Source of the DNA: Carpediemonas membranifera BICM
Lineage: Eukaryota > Protista > Fornicata
NCBI GenBank assembly: GCA_019828565.1
Contig: JAHDYR010000066.1
Location: 124,001 to 188,000 of the forward strand
Direction of reading: 5' to 3'
DNA length: 64,000 nt
Part shown: positions 11,139 through 22,500 of the stretch, piece after piece
Layout of the letters: every line of letters starts with the position of its first letter
Position numbering within the stretch: the stretch's first letter is position 1
Made by a program: the position numbers and the translations under genes
Notes under the pieces: generated by a model
Seen by the model: only the letters and a program-made list of their open reading frames with translations
What the model was told of the DNA's origin: nothing
The model's database searches: none

Positions 11139-12467
11139 ATGTCGGAATTTCCAAGAGCAAGCTCGCCATTGGGCTATAATGACGACAAATCGGAGCTTGA
11201 CAACGAGACATTCGAGCGTCTTAGGAGGAAATGGGCCTCCCGCCTTAGTGGCGAAGAGACAGCGTCAATTCTGCAGACAACTCCCACTCCATCGAACAGA
11301 GCATCCGCAAAACGCACTGTATCATTCATGGAGACGTCCCCATCTGTCATTTCCGGGCGCTCGGTAACGCCAACTGGCAGGCGTGTTTCGCCCGGCCCGA
11401 GTCAGAGCCCGCTGCTGCAAGCCGCGACACGCACCTCTGGCGGGTATAGTGTTGGGCGCGGCCAGCAGAATTCAGAGCGGGAGCACACCGCAGAGCATGA
11501 TCCGGCGATCCCGGGCATCATGGCGAGGTTGCAGAGCCTCGAGGACCGGACCGGCCAGCCCCAACCAGTCCCAGACGTGGCAGCGAAGTGTAGAGACATG
11601 GGCCGTGTGACTGTTGCCCAGCCGGCATCTATGCACCGCTACCATGCGATACATACGGAGCCGCCCCGGACGTCGCCTTCCCCCGGCAGCGGGACCATCT
11701 TCGTGAACAAGCAGCACCTCTTCTTTGGGTCAGGCGCATCTGGCTTTGGCGGCAGTCCAGCAATTGTACGCGAACTCCGAATCCGGAATACGAACAGTCA
11801 TCGGGCCATTACAGTTAACTTAAGCATCGACCGCCGCTCACACGCGGTGCAACCATCACCTTACTCGCACACCTCCTTCTCCATCACGTCGCCGCGCACT
11901 CTCTACCTCAAGCCGATGGAGACCGAGACAATCCAGATCGCATGGCGCCCCCCGACAGTGGTGAGGTCGGCCCGGCTGCAGGACTACTACACGAGGGCGA
12001 AACTCGTCATAGAATGCCCGGACTCAGCCTTCCAAGTGCCACTGCTGGCAGTCAACGGCGAGCCCCTGCTCGTTATGACAAAGACGGCCGCTGTGTCGAC
12101 TGGTGGGAAGCTCCAAGGCTCTGCTGTGATCGAGAACAAAGGAACCGCACCCGCCTTCATCGAGTTCAGCCGCGGCGTGACCCCCGACACGCCCGTGGTC
12201 ATGCCGGGTGCCGTCGTTGCCTGCACCATTGCCTGCACGTCGACCATGGCGGGGGTCATGCAGGAACACTCCGTCGCAGAGTTCACGTACGACTGCGGCT
12301 CTGAGCCACTGCGGGCGCTGGCAGCCATGGCTGGTGCCACATGCCCCCTGGGTCACGTCGTTTACGACGCTCTGGGGCGGGAGAGCGTCGTGGCCGAGGA
12401 CGTACTTCCATGGTTCCTGGCGAGTACGTCGACGCACGCCATCCGCGTCAGGGTTGTTGAGAAGTAG
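11139..12467 (+). CDS. ASH/Ig-like tandem-domain protein resembling the CEP192/SPD-2 domain
   Basis: RELRIRNTN..LYLKPMETETIQIAWRPP..FQVPLLAVNG..VIENKGTAPAFIEF..GSEPLR parallels CEP192 FTIPLSGYGG..VRNTGSRAAFVK..GDEISR. Confidence 0.55.
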   Translation: MSEFPRASSPLGYNDDKSELDNETFERLRRKWASRLSGEETASILQTTPTPSNRASAKRTVSFMETSPSVISGRSVTPTGRRVSPGPSQSPLLQAATRTSGGYSVGRGQQNSEREHTAEHDPAIPGIMARLQSLEDRTGQPQPVPDVAAKCRDMGRVTVAQPASMHRYHAIHTEPPRTSPSPGSGTIFVNKQHLFFGSGASGFGGSPAIVRELRIRNTNSHRAITVNLSIDRRSHAVQPSPYSHTSFSITSPRTLYLKPMETETIQIAWRPPTVVRSARLQDYYTRAKLVIECPDSAFQVPLLAVNGEPLLVMTKTAAVSTGGKLQGSAVIENKGTAPAFIEFSRGVTPDTPVVMPGAVVACTIACTSTMAGVMQEHSVAEFTYDCGSEPLRALAAMAGATCPLGHVVYDALGRESVVAEDVLPWFLASTSTHAIRVRVVEK

Positions 12468-12519
12468 GCAGCGATCGTTTGTTTGCCTTAAATAAACTCA
12501 TTGCGACCAAATTAGAACT

Positions 12520-13351
12520 TTAAACCTCCTCGGGGTCGTCTCTCTCGGACGAGACGATGACGAAGACCTGCTCGAGCGTCGTGTCCGACAGACCCCAGTC
12601 CTCGACACCACCGTGGTTGCGGACCTCGGACATCGACTCGAACACCGTCGCGAGGGAGTGGGTCTCGGTGGGCACAGAGAACGTCCTCGTGCCGAACATC
12701 GACTCCGTCAGGGTGGCACCCTCCACGGCCCCGAGGACGAGGTCCGTGATGGCGTCGGCGCCATCCTCTGTGTCCTCGTCCTTGCTGGTGACGACGAGCT
12801 TGTAGCCGCTGCCGTAGAACTCCTTGAGGTTCTCAGCTGGGGCAAGGCACTTGAGCTTGCCATCGACGATGATGGCGACGTTGTTCCCGAGGGCCTCGGC
12901 CTCCTCCATGGAGTGTGTGGTGAGGATGAACGTCCTCTTGCCCTGGGACTCCCGGATCGACGACCACAACTGGCGGCGGGATGCGGGGTCGAGACCAGTG
13001 GTAGGCTCGTCCATGACGACGATGCTCGGGTTACCGATCATCGAGATGGCCACCGACAGGCGCCGCTTCATGCCGCCCGAATACGTCCCGCTGAGGTCGT
13101 TGCGGACGGAGTACAGACTGACGCCCTCCAGGCCGGCCTTGATGGCGGCACGGAGCTTCCGTCCCCACATGCCCTTGACCCGGCCATAGAAGGCCATGTG
13201 CTCGGCGGCTGTGAGGTCGGGCCACAGCCGGTCGAACTGGGGGCAGACGCCCAGGGTGCGGTGGATCTTCGTCTGCTGCTTGCCCATCTTGTATCCGACG
13301 ATGGTGGCGTTGCCGCTCGTCTGTTTCATGAGGCCGCAAAGCATGTTGATC

Positions 13352-13383
<32 letters not shown>

Positions 13384-15097
13384 CACCGCAAGGCACGTTC
13401 CCTGAGGGATGGTGAAAGAGACGTCGTTGACGGCGTCGAGACGCTTGCCCCCGGGGAGTTTGAAGCGCTTCTTCAGATGCTGGACGACGACCGCGTTGGC
13501 CTCCGTGTTGTTTGCCTCTGCGGCTTCCCGCTGGGTCTCCACGGATGGGTGGGTCGGGTGCTTCATGGTTGGGCGGGCGTTCGCCAGGTCCGTGAGGTGG
13601 TGGGCGTCCTGGTTGCGGCGCCGCGCCTCCTCCTCGGCCTCCTCGATGGCCCTGGTACCACGGAAGCGCCGTGTGACTGCGCCTACGAGAGACCCCACGG
13701 CCCTGAAGTCGGTGAGGCGGCTGATGGCGGTGTTCGTCCAGAAGGTGACCCAGCCGAGGAAGGCGTCCCACTTCCAATCGAGCAGATAGCCGACCGCCAG
13801 CTGGGGGATGACCGTGGCGAGGAGGACGGCGATATAGAGGTAGTATCGCCAGTCGACAGAGGCCCAGCCGACGCCCTCGAAGCCGAGCTTGGAGCCCTCC
13901 ATGAGGATGTACGTGCACTCGTGGAACGCCACCGAGGGGATGAAAACGAAGGGGTTCGTCAGGCCGGCCTCGTCCGCGATGAACACCACCATGACGGCGG
14001 TCTCGTTGAGGATGAATACGAGGAGCCAGCCGACGACCGTGGCGGCCATGACATTGGGGATGAGGGGAGCGACCGCGAGGGCCGTGGCGCTGATGTTGAG
14101 CGACCAGGCGATGTACAGCAGGGCGTACAGGAAGAAGTTGTTCTTGACGAAGATACGCATGTTAAAGACGAGACCAGTGATGATGAGGGCGATGCAGCAG
14201 ACAAGAGAGAGGAAGACCGCGAAGACGTAGTTGACGGACCAGTAGACAGGCCGTTTGAGTCCCATCATCGTCATCAGGTTGCGGAGGCCGAGGGCGCGGT
14301 CGAGGGCGATGCCGCCGATGATGAAGGGTAGCATGATATGGACAGCGAGGCCGAACGGCTCGACTAGGGAGACCGATATGAGGTCGAGTGAGGCCTCCAC
14401 TGCATCTCTGGGGTAGTCCACGGTGTAGTGGGTGATGTAGCTCAGACCGGGCGACAGCAGCTGCATCCAGGCGTTCGTGAGCAGGTCGCTGAGGGGCAGG
14501 AGGTAGTCCGAGGTGAATATGCCCACAGCCATGACTGACCCGTCGCCTGTGTCGTTCGTAAAGAGCTTGAAGTCGAGCCCGCTCGCGTCGGCCTTGCTGA
14601 AGGAGACAGCGCCCAACGTGTCGATGGCGTTGTCCCACTGCGCCAGGTAATACGCGTTGATCGCGTCCTCAGAGTCGTACGCCGCTCCATATGGCGAGCG
14701 GCTGCTGCCGATGTTGGCCGTCTCGACGTCCGCGAGCAGGCCCGTGGCGGGGGCCGTGGAGTCCTCGGGCAGTGTGCCGACAGTCACACCGTCTGCCGCT
14801 GTATAGAGGAGGGAGAAGGGCTTCGGATCACTGGAAAGGGGCGCGTGGTCGAGCCAGGAGGTCCAGGCCCAGCGCTGGGGGACCCAGGTGGGGCTGGTCG
14901 ACGCGGGATACGTCTGATCGAAGGAATCGCCGATAAGGGCTGCGGAGCCGATAACCATGAAGACAATTGCCACAGGGGCCGCGATTAGAATGAGATTGGT
15001 CATAACCTTGCGCTTCTGGCGATGGAGAAGGACCATCAATAGCCCAAAGCACTGAAGAAGGACTAGATAAGTGAGTACAATCCAACATACCGTTCAT
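12520..15097 (-). CDS. ABC transporter subfamily A (half-size); probable 28-nt intron 15063-15090
   Basis: TM domain, Walker A GPNGAGKTT, LGVCPQFD, YSGGMKRRLSVA, MDEPTTGLDP, TTHSMEEAE, TLEQVF. Exact start less certain. Confidence 0.92.
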
Positions 15098-15428
15098 ATA
15101 GTGGTTTGTCCTCTCTGTTTGTCCTCTCCAAGGATGATTGTTCTTGCACAAAACTGCACCGCAGGGTTTGTTGCATTGAGGCTAACATGTGGAGTGCAGA
15201 AACTTCAATCCATCTGAGCCGGACGAACGCATCTGCCACACCATGACGGTCTCTGCTCAACCCAGCTTGAGGTCTAAGATTCAATTCGCAGCGAAAAGAA
15301 ATCGAGTGCTTTCGAATCGCCTCGGGGTAGGTTTGGGTCGGCATGCATGAGAGTAGGGGGAGTAGAGGGCCAGCTTCCAGTTCGACGTCAGGTGACGACA
15401 GAATTTGCCAAATTCCAAACGATCGGCA

Positions 15429-16625
15429 ATGTTTCAAGATGAGCCAGAACTGCGGGCTCAAGCGACCACGAGGATGCAAGACGACCCAGAAAGGATAACG
15501 AAAGAGTCCACGTGGGGCAGCCATGATGAATCCTGGGCGGATAGCATGAAAGCGTATGAAATGCGGAGATCGACGACGCCATGGCAGCGGACGAGGAGTG
15601 AGGTGCCTAGCTATCATCGACAGAGAGAGTCCATCACACAGACTATCTACAACCCTGTGATACAGCGCTTCAAGCCCGACGGTAAGAACTATGAGACTGT
15701 CCGTGACGTCGAGCGGACATTGGAGAGGCCTGCATCTGAGCTCAACCAACGCTACGACGAGCGTCTTAAGCACGAGACGTCGTACAACATTGTTACGGGC
15801 GAGTCGAAGCTGAAGAACCACCCCCGTGACCCGTTCAACAAGGAGCTCGAGGAGAAGCCGTACAAGCCCTACGACAGCCGCCACAACTTCAATATCGCCA
15901 CTAACATGGACTACGCGGACACAGCGCAGGTCGCCCCGCACCTGAGACCAGAGCGAGAGCCGATTGAACACTTTGAGCCCCGCGAGCACCCTGGTCGGGC
16001 AGCGTTGCGGCGCGATTATGACATTGCAAGCAACAACTACATCAAGGACCACGAGACAAGGGCTCAGCAGGATGCGGAGCACCACCTCAACAAGGCGTAC
16101 GACACGATGCGGCGGACGAAGGTGTTCGACCCTGTCACAGGGGAGATCCAGGGCGACCGGGGTCACGATACCGCGGCTAAGGAGGCATCCAAGGTCAAAC
16201 GGGCGCAGTATTACCACGAGAGGGACCTACCGCCGTATGTCAAGCGGAGTGACTCGCGGGCCTTCGACCTCCTCTCGAACGAGGTCAAGGACAGCAGCAT
16301 CGCCAGTGCCCTGAAGAAGAAGGACAGTCGCACGGGTCAGCGCATCCTTAGGAACGAGGCGGCGGCCAAGTACAAGCAGCTCGAGCAGGTTAACCAGGCC
16401 ACTGAGGACAGGACGCTCGCCCGGCCCAACCCGCAGGCCTGGCACGAGGAATACGGCCGGGGCTACGATATTACCACCAACCAGCCGTTCGCGGGGGTCA
16501 AGGCGAAGACAGTGGCGTTCCCGAAGGCGAGGCCGCGACTGACGCCATACGACCGGTTGACGCTAGAGGCGGAGCCGGCCAAGCTGTTCGAGACGCAGCG
16601 GAAGCGTGCGGCGGGAACGAGGTGA
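15429..16625 (+). CDS. Repeat protein, putative axonemal microtubule-inner protein
   Basis: Recurrent [YF][ND]xx[TS][NG] units: YNIVTG, FNIATN, YDIASN, FDPVTG, FDLLSN, YDITTN. Confidence 0.6.
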   Translation: MFQDEPELRAQATTRMQDDPERITKESTWGSHDESWADSMKAYEMRRSTTPWQRTRSEVPSYHRQRESITQTIYNPVIQRFKPDGKNYETVRDVERTLERPASELNQRYDERLKHETSYNIVTGESKLKNHPRDPFNKELEEKPYKPYDSRHNFNIATNMDYADTAQVAPHLRPEREPIEHFEPREHPGRAALRRDYDIASNNYIKDHETRAQQDAEHHLNKAYDTMRRTKVFDPVTGEIQGDRGHDTAAKEASKVKRAQYYHERDLPPYVKRSDSRAFDLLSNEVKDSSIASALKKKDSRTGQRILRNEAAAKYKQLEQVNQATEDRTLARPNPQAWHEEYGRGYDITTNQPFAGVKAKTVAFPKARPRLTPYDRLTLEAEPAKLFETQRKRAAGTR

Positions 16626-16716
16626 CTGTATGATAGCGGTTTAAACCAGTGGTGGTGTTTAGTTAGTTTTGTGAGTTTGTTTCGTGTTGATAATAAGACA
16701 AATGTACACGACGGTA

Positions 16717-17934
16717 TCATTGCATGCTGACCGTCTTAAGCCGCGCATCCCGCAGCAACCGGGCTGTCCCCGCAGACCCCTGGCCCTCGTCGGCAAGGTA
16801 GACCACGATCTGTCCGCCCCTGGTCGACCTCAACAGCGGGCGGCATTCCTTGTAGCACGTCCCGAAGGTCTGCTCGAACCGCGGGGCCGGGGCGGGACCG
16901 GTGAAGTCATCTACTGCCGTCAGCTCGACGAACTTGCGGGGGCCCGGGAGGAACATACCCGTGGGGTGCCGAACGTTCTTCTCGAGTCCGGACTCCCTCA
17001 TGAAGCGAAGGTAGTCTGCCTGCCGGAGTTTGACGATCTCAAGAAGCGTCTGCTCGCGCTGCTGGACGAGGTTAACCAGCCCGCGGATGGACTGGCACCT
17101 CGGGAGGGTCTCCTTGAGCTCCTTGATGGTCTCCTTCCTCTGGGGGACGGGCTTGAATAGCACCGGCCGCGGCGGGTTCTTGGGGATGTTGCTAGCACTG
17201 GGGCAGTCCGGCCTGATCTCTGGAATGAGTGCCATGCCTAGTGCATGCCGCTTAGCGACCCAGTGTCCGAAGATGGCGTCACCAATTGTTACAACAATGT
17301 CGTTCGCCTGGCCAACACCGTACTTACTGGCAAGATCCCCTCGGAGCTTCCTGTAGAGACCATGGCGGCCGTCGATGTCGGTTATCTTGTACGGTGGCCT
17401 CGACTTCGACAGGATGGTGCTGTCAAAAACTGCGTTCCGATCAAAATAGTCCGTCTCGACGACATATGAGTCCATCATGATGATGATAGACTCGAATATG
17501 TCTACATCGAGGAGGTGGGCACGCTCGCCCAGCTGGGCACGCACTGTCTCAATGAAGGCGAGATCCTCCTCATCCGCATCATAGTCAATGTCTCGTATTC
17601 GATCATACTGTATATATGTCGGTGGCATCGTGTATGGGGGCATTGGGGCGGGTTCAATTTGGGTCATGACGGGCAACGGGATGTCGTGTCCTCGGCCAAG
17701 CCGTAGCATGCGCTCGAGCTCAGCTTTCTCGGAATCCACCATATCATCACTTTTTTGAGCTGGTTTCATCTCAATTGCCGCGGAAAGATCAACATCGAGC
17801 AATTCCTCTCCATCAATCTCCTCATATGGAACGACTTCGAAGATTTCCGGCAAAACGCGTGATGTAACACGTCTCCCATACCTCCCCATCTTCGCGCCGC
17901 TCCCGCTTTTCACGCCTCCGAAGCGTGAAGCCAT
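16717..17934 (-). CDS. EPL1: Enhancer of polycomb-like protein (NuA4 subunit)
   Basis: IPLP..YTMPPTYIQY..DYDADEEDLAFI..FESIIIMMD..IFGHWVAKR..LIPEIR matches the EPL1/EPC domain. Confidence 0.75.
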   Translation of the reverse strand: MASRFGGVKSGSGAKMGRYGRRVTSRVLPEIFEVVPYEEIDGEELLDVDLSAAIEMKPAQKSDDMVDSEKAELERMLRLGRGHDIPLPVMTQIEPAPMPPYTMPPTYIQYDRIRDIDYDADEEDLAFIETVRAQLGERAHLLDVDIFESIIIMMDSYVVETDYFDRNAVFDSTILSKSRPPYKITDIDGRHGLYRKLRGDLASKYGVGQANDIVVTIGDAIFGHWVAKRHALGMALIPEIRPDCPSASNIPKNPPRPVLFKPVPQRKETIKELKETLPRCQSIRGLVNLVQQREQTLLEIVKLRQADYLRFMRESGLEKNVRHPTGMFLPGPRKFVELTAVDDFTGPAPAPRFEQTFGTCYKECRPLLRSTRGGQIVVYLADEGQGSAGTARLLRDARLKTVSMQ

Positions 17935-18028
17935 GAAAATTCGAGTTTTCGTTCCCCGCAAAAGTGCAGAATAAGAACAAGGGTTTCCCGAGCGTCTTTA
18001 TACCATATAGCAGCTCAAATGCAACACC

Positions 18029-18631
18029 CTACATCCACTCTGGCTTGAAAGGCTTCGGGGCGACGTCCGGCACACGCCGCTCCTTCCCGGTGATGGGGTT
18101 GAACTGGGAGTTGCCCCGCTGGTCCAGAGAGCGCGCCCGCATCTGTGCCCGCCAGACGGCGCTATCGTCCTCGAACTTAAGCCGCTCGCCGTCCTTGCCG
18201 TCGCCGTAGTCGAGAGTGATCGGGTCGTAGGCGGCGCCGCTCCGGTTCTTACGGCCGTAGTCCGCGGAAACTAGGAAGTCCAAACGCTCCTCATCCGCAC
18301 GCATGCTCTCCTCGTTACGCTGCTTCACAGCTTCGAGCCTATCTGCTTCCACGGCCCGCTTCCGAGAAAGAACGGCTTCGTTCTTGACCTTCTTGGCGTA
18401 CTGGTCCTCGTGGATAAGCTCCTGAACATCCGTGTTGAATCGATCTGCTTCGTCTATGTATCCAGGGTCTCTAGTTGACGGCTTCGCAATATTTCCGGGA
18501 TTTTCGTATGAAGCAAAGCCCTCACGACGTTGTGCGAGGCGTACCTTCTGTACCTCGTCTACATTGGCAAGTGCTCTGCGCTCCTCGCGGGTTCTGGGCT
18601 GTACGCGGCGTACTGGCTCGTCGTAGTTCAT
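18029..18631 (-). CDS. Hypothetical protein, possibly flagellar
   Basis: About 200-aa ORF with YDPITLDY and FNPITG motifs, the same motif class as 15429-16625. Confidence 0.6.
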   Translation of the reverse strand: MNYDEPVRRVQPRTREERRALANVDEVQKVRLAQRREGFASYENPGNIAKPSTRDPGYIDEADRFNTDVQELIHEDQYAKKVKNEAVLSRKRAVEADRLEAVKQRNEESMRADEERLDFLVSADYGRKNRSGAAYDPITLDYGDGKDGERLKFEDDSAVWRAQMRARSLDQRGNSQFNPITGKERRVPDVAPKPFKPEWM

Positions 18632-18699
18632 ATTCTTGGTTGTTTGGGCAAACCTGCACATCATTAAAAGCAAGAGCAGGGAGGGCTCCGAGAACGAAT

Positions 18700-19341
18700 T
18701 TACTCTTCCTTGGGCTCAAGGACAGTAACGAGATCGGGCTGGATGGCGTTCTTGTCGAAGCGAGAGGTGGGGAGGCAGATCTTGACCTGGATGCCGAGGA
18801 CACCCTGGCGCATGTGGAGAGCGGTTGTGCAGGTGTCGACGTAGTCAATGCCGGGCTGGCCAGTGCGGAGGATGTAGCCATCGCGGTACTTCTGGGACTT
18901 GGCACGGGCAGCGCGCAACTTGCCGGAGACGACAATCTCCACACCCTTGGCGCCAGCCTCCATGGCGGAGCGCATGACGGAGTAGGCGGCACGGCGGACG
19001 GGGAGGCCCATCTCGAGCTTGAAGCGGAGGGACTCGGCCTGAGCGGAGGCAGAGAGGCCACGCTCCATAACACGGTCGCAGAAAAGCTCAACGGCGCCAT
19101 CCTTGAAGCCGTAGCGCTTCTGGATGAGGGAGGTGAGCTCACGGAGGCGGCGGTTGTTGGTGCCAAGAACCTCACGGGTCTTGGTGGCACGGATCACGAT
19201 ATCGGTCTTCATGGGGGAACGCTTGACCTCGCAGCCAGAGTAGCCCTCAGCAGCAAGTTCGCGGCGGAGGAACTCGTTGAGCTCGGCGTAGAAAAGGCCG
19301 TCAGCGACAGCCTTGTGCTTCTTGCTGATCATCTGCACCAT
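18700..19341 (-). CDS. RPS3: 40S ribosomal protein S3 (uS3)
   Basis: ISKKHKAVADGLFYAELNEFL..GLSASAQAESLRFKL..VSGKLRAARAKS..RQGVLGIQVKI. Confidence 0.98.
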   Translation of the reverse strand: MVQMISKKHKAVADGLFYAELNEFLRRELAAEGYSGCEVKRSPMKTDIVIRATKTREVLGTNNRRLRELTSLIQKRYGFKDGAVELFCDRVMERGLSASAQAESLRFKLEMGLPVRRAAYSVMRSAMEAGAKGVEIVVSGKLRAARAKSQKYRDGYILRTGQPGIDYVDTCTTALHMRQGVLGIQVKICLPTSRFDKNAIQPDLVTVLEPKEE

Positions 19342-19546
19342 AGAGAGACTATTTAAGAGAGGAAACTACCCACTGGCACTCGAAAACTGATCAATCGAGT
19401 GCTGTGGGGCCAGACATACAAGCTCCAGGAAAGGAAAGATGTATGCGTCTTTCGCCAAGCCAACCCAAACCTTCAGATCGCCACTCAGCAAGAATACTTC
19501 CCTTCTCCTAAGATGAATTTACACTGAAACCTCACAAACGAACACT

Positions 19547-22500
19547 CTACATCTTGATGGTCTCGTCGCGCTGCCCGCTCATGACGAGGTCCTGGATGAC
19601 GCCCTTGCTCTCGGCCCTGTCCAAGACCTGCTCCTCCACCGACCCTGTGGTGACGAGGCGGTACACGGTAACCTGCTTGGTCTGGCCGAGTCTGTGGCAC
19701 CGGTCCATGGCCTGTGAGTCGACGGTGGGATTCCAGTCAGAGTCGTAGAAGATGACAGTGTCGGCCGCGGTCAGGTTGATGCCGAGGCCGCCAGCCCTGG
19801 TCGAGAGGAGGAAGACGAAGATGTCGGGGTTGGACTGGAAGTCGTCGACGAGGTCGCGCCGGTCCTCGAGGGAAGACGACCCGTCGAACCGGACAAAGGA
19901 GTACGCCCGGAACGCCAGGTAATCCTCGAGGATGTCCATCATCTTCGTCATCTGGCAGTAGAGCAGGCAGCGGTGCTTCCCGTCCCGTCTCTGCCGCAGA
20001 AGCTGGTCAAGCAGACGCATCTTACCGCACTCGGCGATGAGCTGGCCCATATTCGGCCAACGAAGGGGCACCGCGGGTGTCAGGGCCAGCGGCATGCGGC
20101 GGTACATCATACGAAGGGGCAGCAGCGTCTTCTGGCGGCACGTCGACACCACCAGTCGGGGTGGCGAGGCGACGGCCGCTGGCAGGTACATCCCCGTCGC
20201 GGCGTGCCGCATGACGGCCAAGTCGCCGTGGAGCTGGCGCACGGTTGGCTGGACGAGGGTCTGGTCATTGACGAACTCGGACACGAGCCAGGCGGCGGGC
20301 ACGGCCGGGAGGGTTGTCTGGACGAACTCACCGCGCCCCACGCCCCGCAGGGTGACGTCCGTGTGGCCGCCGTGTCGGAGGGCGTACCGGCCGACATCGG
20401 ACGACGCCATGGCCGCCCAGACCGAGAGGCCCGGGGGTCTAACCCAGTGCTGCCGCAACTCGGTCTGCCGGTAGAGCTCGTGGGCGACGACCGGGAGGTT
20501 GACCACAAGGGGCGACCTCCGCGAGGGCGAGAGCGAGGTGTTGGGCCCCGCGACGCCGTTCTTGTCATCCATGGTGAACACGAAAGCGGGCATGGGCTGC
20601 CGACGGCCGAACAGCTGGGGATGGTTGCAGACCTTGCGGGACTGCATGACGAGGTTCATCAGGATGCCCTCCTGGCCCTTGCTGCCTTTCGAGGAGTCCC
20701 CTATGGTCTTCTGGAGCCGGTCGGTCATCCTGGTCTGCAGGGCCGTCATGGGGCACCTTAGCGTCAGCTCGGTCTTCTTTCCGAGCTCGTGCTCAACGTC
20801 CTTCTTCTCCCTTCTGAGCATGAACGGCTTGAGCACCTGGTGGAGGCGCTGTAACATCTCCGGGTCCATGGAGTACCGCTTCTTCGCGGTCGCCTCGAGG
20901 TCCCGGGAGAACCACTGGTCGAACTCGGAGCTGGAGTCGAAGAGCGTCGGCATGCAGAAGTGGAGCAGAGACCACAGCTCCTGCATGTTGTTCTGGACGG
21001 GCGTCCCGGACAGCAGCAGACGGTTGCGGCACTTGTACTTGAGCAGCGTCGTCCACCGCTGAGACGAGGACGACTTGATTGCTTGCGCCTCGTCGAGAAC
21101 CATGTACTGCCACGAGTAGGGCGACAGCATCTTGTAGTCCTGCACGGCGAAGTTGTACGACGTCACGACGACGTGGAAGGGCGAGTCCTTGTTCCCCAGC
21201 GCGCCCACCGACCAGCTCTTGCGGATAGTGGTGCGATCGTTCTTCTCGCCCCAGTACGGCCGGGCCTTCAGCTGCGGGCAGAACTTACCGATCTCGGAGA
21301 TCCAGTTGTGTAGCGTAGAGTTGGGTGTGATGACGAGGAAGGGGCCCCAAATTCCCTTCCGTTGTACCAGATGCGTCAGGAATGCGATCGACTGGAATGT
21401 CTTACCCAGGCCCATGTCATCCGCCAGGATGCCGTTGATGCCCTGGTCGTATAGTGATGCCAGCCACCGCAGGCCGTCGAGCTGGTACGGCTTGAGCGTG
21501 CCTGCGAGCATCTCGGGTTGTGTCAGACTTTTGGTGTCGACGTCGAGGTCGATGCCGCGGTCAAACGCGTTGATAGACTCCATAGCGGAGGCTGCCGCGC
21601 GGTGGGCGGATGCCTGGGCCGCGCTCTGTGCCTGCGCCGTGAACGTGGCCTCGTCGGCGTCGTAGTCGACGTCGATGTCCCGAAGCAGGGCGGGGGCGCT
21701 CTTGCCCCGCATGAAGTGGCTGTAGAGCTCCGTCTGGGACAGCAGGAACGCCAGCTTCCTCTTCTGCCGCAGCTTCTCGCGCTCCTCCTCGACCTTGCGC
21801 CTCTGCTCCTCTTCCTTCTTCTCGCGGGCCTTGGCCTCGGTGTCGAGGTCCTTGCCGAACTTCTTCCAGAACATCGCGCTCTCCCTGGCGAGTCGCTTGA
21901 GCCGCGTGTGCGACACGAGCACGCTGATCGTGGGGTGTTCTGTCTTGCGGCGCCGCTTGTACTCCTTAGCGGCCTCGGACGCCAGGACCAGGGCGTTCCC
22001 GCGCTCTTGTGCGGCCGACACAGTGCGGAGCTCCACGATACGGGCCGCCTGGGCGATCAGACGCATGTGGACTGCCCTGCGCTGCCGCTCGAGGGCACGG
22101 CGGGACTGCTTCTGGCGGCGCTTGACGGCGCCGACCTTCGTGTAGTAAATGCACAGCTGCCTGAGGGCGTGGATGGCGGCTAGCACGCTCTCAGCGGCCT
22201 CTGACACGGGGCCCAGACACGCGATGATGTCCTCGGCGTCAAAGACGGTCAGTCGGTGCAGGCTTGCCGGGACACGACGGGGCACACCGAAGACCATGAC
22301 GACCGTGGGGGGGAGGCCGGACCGGGACGCCTCGATGCTCACCTCACCGTCGATCTCAACAGGTTCATACGTACCGAGCACAGCCACGGGGTCCGCCGTG
22401 AAGGGGGTCGGCCGGCCGATGGGGTCGAGCCCGAGGAAGTCCGCGTCCACGAACTGGCTGAACGAGGCGTCGGGGCCCGGGGCGTCAGGGCACATGGCCG

